From the NCBI GenBank assembly GCA_036012755.1, contig DASCPX010000031.1, forward strand, positions 1 through 64,000: 64,000 nt of DNA, read 5' to 3'. Positions 55,545 through 64,000 of the stretch are shown piece by piece. A model generated the notes under the pieces. It did not search any database and was not told the DNA's origin. It saw nothing but the letters and a program-made list of their open reading frames with translations. Each line of letters starts with the position of its first letter. Within the stretch, counting starts at the first letter, position 1. A program made the translations under genes and the position numbers. This stretch comes from Myxococcota bacterium (GTDB taxonomy: Bacteria > Myxococcota_A > UBA796 > CAJQPC01).

Positions 55545-56503
55545 CAGCGGAGCGGGACCAGGACAGACGGGGTGCCAGAGACGAGGACCGCGGGACCCTT
55601 GGGGGTGCGGACGGCGACGGCGACGGCGGACTCGGGGATGTCGCGGAGGACGTGGTCCTTCCACCCGAGCGAGTCGCGGACCAGGAGGTGGACACCAGAG
55701 GTGCCGGTCACGAGGATCCAGCCTTCCTCGAGGACCTCGATCTCCCTCGCCGAGTAGTCGTCGGAGAAATGGGCGATGGCCCGGGACTCCTCCCACCTCG
55801 GCCCCTCGAAGAGCGTGACGCGACCGTCAGCCCGCTCACCGTAGGCGTAGTGCCAGCCGTCCCCTGCGAGCAGCTCGAGGTCGCCGTCGTCGTCGAGGTC
55901 GGCCACGGCGAGGCTGCGCGCGCCTCGGTGAGAGGGGAGAACACGGGCCCCCACGCGGACATCGCCGTCACTCTTCGGCTCCGGGCCATAGACATGGGCG
56001 AGCACGACCTCCTCGCCCACCGGCACGCTCCGGGTGGCGAGCAGCCCGCTGGCCTTGACGTCGAGGGCCCCCGAGACGACCCAGCCGGACTCGACGACGC
56101 GGCTGTTCGCGTAGGTCGCCACCCAGACCTGGCCGTCGATGACCCGAAGCTCCGGGATCTGGGTCCGATCTCCCGGGAAGGACGCGAGGCGCTCGACGCT
56201 GTCGGCCGAGACGACCTCCAAGTGGGCGGGCCCCCGGTACTCCCGGCTCATGCCGGTCGCCAGCACCAGCTCCTCGCGACCGTCGCCGTCCAGATCCCCG
56301 GCTGCGGCCCGCTGGAAGGACCCCTCCAGCTCCAGCCTGCCGCCGGCCCAGCGCATCACTCCGTCGTGTATGTAGAAGAGTTCGTCGAAGCCGTCGCCGT
56401 CGAGGTCCGCGGCAGCGACGCCGTCTCCGGCGGGATCGAGCTCGAGTGCCGGTCCGATGGTCGGGAGCACGGGGCTCGAGGCGCAAGCGAGCAACAACGG
56501 CAT
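55544..56503 (-). CDS. FG-GAP/VCBS repeat lipoprotein
   Basis: MPLLLAC; ADLDGDGFDEL, GDLDGDGREEL, ADLDDDGDLEL. Confidence 0.75.
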   Translation of the reverse strand: MPLLLACASSPVLPTIGPALELDPAGDGVAAADLDGDGFDELFYIHDGVMRWAGGRLELEGSFQRAAAGDLDGDGREELVLATGMSREYRGPAHLEVVSADSVERLASFPGDRTQIPELRVIDGQVWVATYANSRVVESGWVVSGALDVKASGLLATRSVPVGEEVVLAHVYGPEPKSDGDVRVGARVLPSHRGARSLAVADLDDDGDLELLAGDGWHYAYGERADGRVTLFEGPRWEESRAIAHFSDDYSAREIEVLEEGWILVTGTSGVHLLVRDSLGWKDHVLRDIPESAVAVAVRTPKGPAVLVSGTPSVLVPLR

Positions 56504-56543
56504 GGCCCGCATCTATCGCGCTATGGTGGGCCTTGAAGGGCCG

Positions 56544-57203
56544 ATGCATCCACCGCTGGACATCGCCGTCACCACGACGCCACGGCCGGCGGCCTTCGGG
56601 TTCTACGAGGAGGGGGACGGCGTGCTCTCCCTCTACCTGGCGCCGCTGCGCGCGGAGCGTGTCCTGGAGCCCCTCCTCGGGTGCCTCGGCCACGCCACGC
56701 CCGTCTACCTGGGCGACGCGCCGGCTCCACGCGGCGCTCGTCCGCTCCCCAGCGGAGGTTGGGTCGGAACGACGGATCACCTCGATCGCCTCGAGGCACC
56801 CGCCGAGCTCCTCTTCGTGGAGCGGCCCCGAATCGAGGCGATCGAAGCCCTCCCGGGCAGCCTGCTGGCCCACCCCGAGAAAGCACTGCCAGACTCGCTG
56901 AAGGCCCGCGCAGCCCTGATCCTGACCGTGCACGATCACGCCATCGTGCTGTCGCGTGACAAGAGCGTGCTGGCAGCCTGCCTCGCCCCGCTCCTGGAGG
57001 GGCTCGCCAACGCTGAGCTGCCTCCATTGACGGAGCTGCTCGAACCCATGGCCGACTCCGCCTGGCGCGAGGTCCACGTGGACTCCCGCCAGCGCTACCG
57101 GCTCATGCACCTGGACCTCAGGGACGCGGACCGCCTGGTCGAAGAGGACACCTGGGTCGCGCCGGGCGAGGGAGGCCAGTGGCGGGCGAGCTGGTCCTGG
57201 TAG
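56544..57203 (+). CDS. Hypothetical protein
   Basis: ORF overlapping the start of rnd; TATGGT upstream; start uncertain. Confidence 0.55.
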   Translation: MHPPLDIAVTTTPRPAAFGFYEEGDGVLSLYLAPLRAERVLEPLLGCLGHATPVYLGDAPAPRGARPLPSGGWVGTTDHLDRLEAPAELLFVERPRIEAIEALPGSLLAHPEKALPDSLKARAALILTVHDHAIVLSRDKSVLAACLAPLLEGLANAELPPLTELLEPMADSAWREVHVDSRQRYRLMHLDLRDADRLVEEDTWVAPGEGGQWRASWSW

Positions 57204-58300
57204 AGCCGCTCCTGGTCCAGGACGACCGGGATCTGAGTGCGGCGCTGGCGGGACTCGAGCCCCCGATCGCGCTGGACACCGAGTTCCACTCCGAGCACCG
57301 CTACTACCCCCGTCTGAAGCTCGTCCAGCTGCGCGATCGGGCCGGCCGGATCGTGCTGATCGACCCCCTCGCGCCGCTGGAGCTCGGACGCCTCCGGGCC
57401 CTCGACGGCGTCGACCTGCTGACCCACGCTCCCCACCAGGACCTTGGGATCCTCGGTCGGGTCGCGGGACTCGTCCCGGGCCGCGTCCTGGACACCCAGA
57501 CCCTCGCTGGCTTTGCGGGCCTGGGCTACCCGCGCACCCTCGGTGACCTCGTCCGAGAGGTGCTCGGCGAGGCGGGCGCCAGCTCGCGGACGCTCTCCGA
57601 CTGGAGCCGTCGTCCGCTGAGCGAGGCCCAGCTCACCTACGCGATCTCCGACGTGAGCTCGCTCCACCACCTGGCGGAGGTCCTGCTGGAGCGTGTGGGC
57701 GACCGCCTGGAGTGGGCGCTCGAGGCTTGCTCCGAGCAGGTGGACAGCGCCCTGTCAGAGCCGGATGTCGCGGAGGCCTGGATGCGGATCGGGGCGGCCG
57801 ACATCCTCTCCCCGCGCGGCCGCAGCGTGTTGCAGCGCCTGGCGGCCTGGCGCGAGGCCACGGCGAGGGCCCAGGACCAGCCTCACTCGCAGATCGCCTC
57901 GAACGCCGTCCTGGTCGACCTCGCCCGACGGCGCCCATCCAGCCTGGACGAGATGACGCGGAACCGACGCTTCCCCAAGCGACTGGCCCGACGCCACTCG
58001 GCGGTGCTGTTGGCTCACTGTGCCTCCGGGCGGGGGGACGAGACCTACGATCACGCCGCTCGGGTCGAGCTGGAGGCTTGCGAGCGTTGCCTGGAGTCGT
58101 GGGCGCTGAGCTTCGAGCTCCAGCACGGAATCGCCGCGAGGCTGGCCTTGCCCCCGACCCTCCGGCGCGAGGTGGCAGAGGCCGTGCGGGCACGAACCCC
58201 GATTCCCCTGCGGGGTTGGCGCGAACGAGCCTTGTCACCAGAGTTGTCACGCTTTGTCGCTGACGCCAAGACCTTTGAATTACTGAGTATTGGCAAGTAG
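57179..58300 (+). CDS. rnd: Ribonuclease D (DEDDy exonuclease + HRDC)
   Basis: ALDTEF..YYPRLKLVQL, HAPHQDL, DTQ, SDWSRRPLSEAQLTYAISDV, HRDC LAAWRE, GWR. Confidence 0.85.
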   Translation: MAGELVLVEPLLVQDDRDLSAALAGLEPPIALDTEFHSEHRYYPRLKLVQLRDRAGRIVLIDPLAPLELGRLRALDGVDLLTHAPHQDLGILGRVAGLVPGRVLDTQTLAGFAGLGYPRTLGDLVREVLGEAGASSRTLSDWSRRPLSEAQLTYAISDVSSLHHLAEVLLERVGDRLEWALEACSEQVDSALSEPDVAEAWMRIGAADILSPRGRSVLQRLAAWREATARAQDQPHSQIASNAVLVDLARRRPSSLDEMTRNRRFPKRLARRHSAVLLAHCASGRGDETYDHAARVELEACERCLESWALSFELQHGIAARLALPPTLRREVAEAVRARTPIPLRGWRERALSPELSRFVADAKTFELLSIGK

Positions 58301-58422
58301 ACGTCTTACACGACGATTACAACCGTCACTTTATGTCACCGGATGACTTGCTGCGTGACAGCCCGTGCCGCTACTGTCTCACGGTGGGTACGACCCGCCA
58401 CCAACTTCTCAGGGAGAGAACA

Positions 58423-58590
58423 ATGCTCAAGGCCTTCATCAACGACGAGTCTGGCGCCACCGCGATCGAGTACGGCCTCATTGCCGGTCTTGTCGCCGTT
58501 GCCATCATCGCAGCGCTGACCGCGCTCGGCACCTCGCTCGATACCCTCTTCTCGAGCGTGGCCAGCACCGTCAACGCCGCGACCTCCTGA
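58423..58590 (+). CDS. flp: Flp family type IVb pilin
   Basis: FINDESG/ATAIEYGLIAGLVAV Flp motif; GGAG RBS. Confidence 0.95.
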   Translation: MLKAFINDESGATAIEYGLIAGLVAVAIIAALTALGTSLDTLFSSVASTVNAATS

Positions 58591-58606
58591 GGCCGCACGC
58601 GAGCAG

Positions 58607-59089
58607 GTGAGCACCGCTCTCCTGCTCCTCGAGGCGATCCTCGTCATCGCAGCGGGTTGGGACGTCGCACAGCGGCGCATTCCCAACCCGCTCGTGCTCT
58701 GTGGGCTCCTGCTCGGACCCTGCCTCGCCGTCTATGACGGTGGGTGGTCCGGGCTGGGGCTCTCTGTGCTCGGGGCGGTGTTGGGCTTCGGTCTGACCTT
58801 CCCTCAGTGGGCGCTCAAGCTCATGGGTGGCGGCGACGCGAAGCTCTTCGTGGTCGTCGGTGCCTTCCTTGGACCGCTGATGGTCGTCGACGCGCTGATC
58901 TGGTCCCTGCTCTGCCACGGCCTCGTGTCCGTAGCCATGCTGGGCACGAGGCGGGTCCAGGCGCTGACCGGGCGAGTGCTGCTTGCGGACACCGCACGCG
59001 TCCCGATGGCCGTCGCCGTCCCGGTCGGCTGCGGCCTCGCCACGGCCTTCCCGCTACTTCAGCCCGTCATCGAGGGCTTCACAGCCTAG
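58607..59089 (+). CDS. cpaA: Prepilin peptidase A24 (TadV/CpaA)
   Basis: WDVAQRRIPN, MGGGDAKL, VPMAVA. Confidence 0.9.
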   Translation: MSTALLLLEAILVIAAGWDVAQRRIPNPLVLCGLLLGPCLAVYDGGWSGLGLSVLGAVLGFGLTFPQWALKLMGGGDAKLFVVVGAFLGPLMVVDALIWSLLCHGLVSVAMLGTRRVQALTGRVLLADTARVPMAVAVPVGCGLATAFPLLQPVIEGFTA

Positions 59090-59146
59090 GGCCAGGCCTC
59101 TATACCTGCGGAAGTCGTATACTTCCGCCTCCACCGGGAGTCCTTC

Positions 59147-60133
59147 ATGCAGCAACGTCAGCAGACCGGTGGCCGGGGGAAGGCCTATCTCTTCCTCGGT
59201 GTCTCGCTGGTCGCTGCGGTCCTCGCGGCCGTGCTCGTAGTGAAAATGCTCAAGAGCGCCCAGAACCAGGTCGAGCAGGCACGCAAGCCCAGCGAGACCG
59301 TGGATGTCGTGGTCGCGACCCGCAATCTCTACATGGGGCTGCCCATCCAGGAAGGCGACGTCGCCGTCAGGGCGCTGTCGCCGGAGATGGTGCCGGCCGA
59401 TGTCGTCTTCACCTCGGTCGATCAGAGCATCGGCCGGACACCGAAGGAGCGCATCCTCGCCTCCGAGATCGTCCGCTCCGAGCGGCTGGCCCGCCGCGAA
59501 GCCGGTGTCGGCCTCAACGCCATCATCACCCCCGGAAAGCGCGCGATCTCCGTCGCCGTCAAGGCCGAGGAGGCCGTGGCCGGCTTCGTCCATCCGCTGA
59601 ACTACGTCGACGTCATCGTCGTCATCAAGCCGGACGACCGCGAAGCGGCCCAGTCTCGGGCCATCGCCAAGACGCTGCTGCAGGGCATCAAGGTCCTGGC
59701 CGTCGGCGACACCCTCGGCGGCGTGGGGGGCGACGAGACGGAGACGGCGAGCGCCAAGAAGGGCGAGTCCCCGAAGGTGAAGAAGACCTCGTCGAAGTCC
59801 TCGGCGACCAAGGGCAAGCGCACGGTCACCCTCGAGGTCACCCTCGAGGAGGCGGAGCAGATCGCGCTCGCGGCGGCCAAGGGCGACATCGTGCTGGCCC
59901 TCCGCGCCGACATCGACATCACCCGGGTCGAGACCCACGGCGCCAAGGTCGACACGCTGATAGGCCTGATACCGGACGAAGACAAGCCACTGACGACCAT
60001 GGCCGTCCGCAAGACGACCACCAAGGCGGCAGAGGGACCGAAGGCCGAGGTCGTCAGCGGCGGCGACGTCACCCAGATCGAGTTCAACTCGGACGGAACG
60101 CGGGACGAGAGCCGCAACAAGCGCAAGCGCTGA
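59147..60133 (+). CDS. cpaB: Flp pilus assembly protein CpaB/RcpC
   Basis: VVVATRNL SAF domain, GKRAISV, VAGFVHPLNYVDV, LLQGIKVLAV, VTLEVT, LALR. Confidence 0.92.
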   Translation: MQQRQQTGGRGKAYLFLGVSLVAAVLAAVLVVKMLKSAQNQVEQARKPSETVDVVVATRNLYMGLPIQEGDVAVRALSPEMVPADVVFTSVDQSIGRTPKERILASEIVRSERLARREAGVGLNAIITPGKRAISVAVKAEEAVAGFVHPLNYVDVIVVIKPDDREAAQSRAIAKTLLQGIKVLAVGDTLGGVGGDETETASAKKGESPKVKKTSSKSSATKGKRTVTLEVTLEEAEQIALAAAKGDIVLALRADIDITRVETHGAKVDTLIGLIPDEDKPLTTMAVRKTTTKAAEGPKAEVVSGGDVTQIEFNSDGTRDESRNKRKR

Positions 60134-60137
60134 GGGA

Positions 60138-61565
60138 ATGATGCAGAAGCTGTTCGTTGTGTTGTCGCTGCCGATCCTGCTGTGTGCCGTCTCGCTCGGG
60201 TCCGTCCTGGTCGCGTCGCCTGCACATGCTCAGGACGTGCCTCGGACCCAGTGGCTCGATGTCGAAGTGGGTCAGTCCTCGATCCAGAAGTCCAATCGCC
60301 CCTTCGCGCGGGTGCTCATCTCCGACCCGGACGTGGCGGAGATCAAGCTCCTCGAGGAAGGCCAGTTCTCGATCCGCGGGCTCGCCGTCGGGAGCACCGA
60401 CCTCTGGGTCTGGTACCGGGACGACACCGAACACCCAGAGGTCTTCGAGCTGACGGTCCACCGCGACCTGTCAGACCTGATCAGGCGAGTCGGCGAACTG
60501 GTCAGCTCCGGTCCACCACCTCGCGTCTACCCGCTCGAGAACCGCATCGTCATCGAGGGCGCCGTCCCCGATCTGGTCACCCTGGAACGCATCGCGGCCA
60601 TCGCCGAGATCTACGACGAGGACTTCGTCAACCTCATGATCGTGCGCGGCGACCACCAGGTCCAGCTGGAGGTGGTCTTCGCCGAGGTCAGCCGCTCCGC
60701 GGTCCGAGAGATGGGCCTCAACGCCATCTGGGGCAACGACTACGCGGCCGGCAACATGGTCAACCCGTCCACGACCGGAGACCGCGGGCTGGCCTCGACC
60801 CCCGACGAGCGGACAGGCGGCATCCAGATGAGCGAGCTGCTCAACGGCGGGACCATCGCCTCCGCTGGCACCGGGGCCTTCTCGTTCATGGGCGCGATCG
60901 ACGACCCGGTCAACGTCGCGGCAGTGCTCTCGGTGCTCGAGCAGCACGACATCACAAAGATCCTCGCCGAGCCGACGCTGGTGGCGCTGTCCGGTCAGCA
61001 GGCCGAGTTCCTCGCCGGTGGAGAGATCCCGGTGCCGGTCGCGCAGACGAACAACCGCATCACGCTGGAGTTCAAGGAGTACGGCGTCAAGCTGCTCTTC
61101 ATCCCGACCGTCCTGGGCGACGGCGTCATCGACATGCGGACCTACGTCGAGGTCAGCGAGATCGACAACTCGACCTCGACCCGCATCACGGGCATCGAGA
61201 TCCCCGGCTTCATCAGCCGCAAGGCCGACAGCCACTTGCGCATGAGCGACGGCATGACCTTCGCGATGGCGGGCATGCTCTCCGAGTCGGTCCGATACAC
61301 CCGCGCAGAGGTCCCGATCCTGGGAGAGATCCCGATCATCGGAGCCCTGTTCAGCTACACGAAGCACGATCGCGACGAGACGGAGCTGATGATCTTCGTC
61401 ACGCCGCGGCTGGTGCGCCCGATGGCGCCGAACGAGGTCCCGCTGCCGCCTGGCGGGGCAGAGGACAACAACCCGAATGACTTCGAGCTGTTCCTCCTCG
61501 GCCTCGATCACCGGGCGGGGTCCAGGACGGCATCTCCGACGGGCAACGTCGGCCTGGAGCGCTGA
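60138..61565 (+). CDS. cpaC: Tad secretin CpaC/RcpA
   Basis: QVQLEVVFAEVSR, LAEPTLVALSGQQAEFLAGGEIP, EFKEYGVKL, VPILGEIPIIGALF, ELMIFVTPRLV. Confidence 0.92.
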   Translation: MMQKLFVVLSLPILLCAVSLGSVLVASPAHAQDVPRTQWLDVEVGQSSIQKSNRPFARVLISDPDVAEIKLLEEGQFSIRGLAVGSTDLWVWYRDDTEHPEVFELTVHRDLSDLIRRVGELVSSGPPPRVYPLENRIVIEGAVPDLVTLERIAAIAEIYDEDFVNLMIVRGDHQVQLEVVFAEVSRSAVREMGLNAIWGNDYAAGNMVNPSTTGDRGLASTPDERTGGIQMSELLNGGTIASAGTGAFSFMGAIDDPVNVAAVLSVLEQHDITKILAEPTLVALSGQQAEFLAGGEIPVPVAQTNNRITLEFKEYGVKLLFIPTVLGDGVIDMRTYVEVSEIDNSTSTRITGIEIPGFISRKADSHLRMSDGMTFAMAGMLSESVRYTRAEVPILGEIPIIGALFSYTKHDRDETELMIFVTPRLVRPMAPNEVPLPPGGAEDNNPNDFELFLLGLDHRAGSRTASPTGNVGLER

Positions 61566-61572
61566 AGGAGGC

Positions 61573-62760
61573 ATGCGTAGCCTGGGGCCAACCCGAGGGG
61601 CGGCAAGCGTCCTCATCGTCGGAGTCGACAAGGGCGGGATGGGCTCGCTGCGGGAGACCCTGGGCGCGGAGGCCGTGCTCCCCGTGAGCTCGATCGAGTA
61701 CGCCGCAGCCTATGAGGCCACTCGGAAGTCGAAGCCGAACGTGCTCATCGTCGGCTTCGACTCGGACTTCGAGGAGGCCGTGCGGCTCGGCGCGGAGATC
61801 ACCAGCGACTTCCCGCACACGACGCTCGTGGCGCTGTCGCGAGGATCCGACCCGAACCGGATTCGGGCGGCGATGCGCTCCGGCTACCGCGAGTACGTCG
61901 TCCTGCCAGAGGACGCCGAGCTCCTCCGACACGCTGTCCACGAGGCCGTCTACAGCAGCACCATGGACGACGAGGACCGAGGCGAGGTCATCGCCATCTG
62001 CGGCGCCAAGGGCGGCTGTGGCGTGACCTCGCTGACGATCAACCTCGCCGCCGAGCTCTCCCCGATCCACCGGGTCGTGGCGATCGACCTGAACTTCTCC
62101 ATGGGCGATGTCGCCAGCTTCCTCGACCTGAGCCCGAAGCGGAACATCGAGGACGTGCTGCGCGATCTCGAGCGCCTGGACGGGCGCATGCTCGCGGGCT
62201 CCGTGGCGGTCCACAAGAGCAAGACCCACATCCTTGCCCAGCCCAACGAGATCGACGAGCGAGAGGAGGTCAAGGGCGACGCGATCCTCCGCATGCTCCA
62301 GATCTGCGCGGAGAGCTACCAGTACTGCCTCATCGACTGCGGCGTGAGCCTCGACGAGGCCACCCTGACGACGATCACCGTCAGCGACCTGGTCCTGCTC
62401 GTCACCAACGCGGACGTGCCGGCGGTGAAGAACGCCTGGCGACGGCTCCAGCTGTTCGAGCGCATCGGCATCGACAAGGAGCGCATCCGCCTCATCGTGA
62501 ACCGCTACGACAAGAAGGCGCAGCTGGCGCTCCCCGACATCGAGCAGAACCTGGGCATGCGCGTCGCGGCTCGCGTGCAGAACGACTGGAAGACCCTTGC
62601 ACAGTCGGTCAACGAGGGGCGACTCGTGCGAGACGTGAACAAGCGCTCCCCGGCGGCGCGCGACTACAGCAACATGGTCACGATCGTGACAGACCACGAG
62701 GAATCCATCGACCAGACTGAGAAGGAGCGCGGTAGCGCTCTGAACTGGTTGTTCAACTGA
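61573..62760 (+). CDS. cpaE: CpaE/TadZ-like receiver-like + MinD/ParA ATPase
   Basis: AAMRSGYREY, GAKGGCGVTS, IDLNFSMGD, IVNRY; AAGGAGG RBS. Confidence 0.88.
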   Translation: MRSLGPTRGAASVLIVGVDKGGMGSLRETLGAEAVLPVSSIEYAAAYEATRKSKPNVLIVGFDSDFEEAVRLGAEITSDFPHTTLVALSRGSDPNRIRAAMRSGYREYVVLPEDAELLRHAVHEAVYSSTMDDEDRGEVIAICGAKGGCGVTSLTINLAAELSPIHRVVAIDLNFSMGDVASFLDLSPKRNIEDVLRDLERLDGRMLAGSVAVHKSKTHILAQPNEIDEREEVKGDAILRMLQICAESYQYCLIDCGVSLDEATLTTITVSDLVLLVTNADVPAVKNAWRRLQLFERIGIDKERIRLIVNRYDKKAQLALPDIEQNLGMRVAARVQNDWKTLAQSVNEGRLVRDVNKRSPAARDYSNMVTIVTDHEESIDQTEKERGSALNWLFN

Positions 62761-62782
62761 CCGTGTCAACCCTGGAGGCAAC

Positions 62783-64000
<1,218 letters not shown>

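Noticed and set aside
52114..55695. 1193-aa ORF as a single fusion protein
   Set aside because: The N-terminal extension overlaps the UbiA-like gene in another frame; the likely start is GTG 54645. Similar over-extensions were trimmed for recD, sbcD, sbcC, PI-PLC, RCC1 and SCP2
58300..58422. c-di-GMP riboswitch upstream of flp
   Set aside because: No recognisable GEMM consensus elements

Overview
High-GC bacterial chromosomal DNA. Gene content (Oar-like TonB receptor, many Cys/Asp-repeat lipoproteins, Tad pilus) suggests a Myxococcota/deltaproteobacteria-like organism; this is inference. Left to right: a partial TonB-dependent receptor; a Ter-type stress cluster (TerD-like, tandem TerB-like, Na/Ca exchanger with NCKX-type motifs, TerD-TerA fusion, M48 protease with TerB-like tail); lipoproteins; rsgA followed by a translationally coupled recC-recB-recD-sbcD-sbcC-DUF547 run; alkaline-phosphatase-superfamily genes and a GIDE-domain protein; two paralogous GT-C-like membrane proteins (one with two frameshifts) flanking an SDR and an SCP2 gene; YceI and a GT39-like glycosyltransferase; two-component/c-di-GMP genes around an HNH nuclease; a minus-strand candidate lipid cluster (UbiA-like prenyltransferase, PEP-utilising dikinase-type enzyme, DUF3419/BtaA-like, PI-PLC, MMPL) interrupted by a RES toxin-antitoxin pair; RNase D; and the start of a Flp/Tad pilus operon. 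Two window-wide patterns stand out: lipoprotein signal peptides of only 6-10 residues with no basic n-region, and many start codons lying 5-7 nt downstream of a -10 hexamer (leaderless mRNAs). No rRNA, tRNA, CRISPR array or transposase was recognised. All family calls are by motif recognition, not database search.
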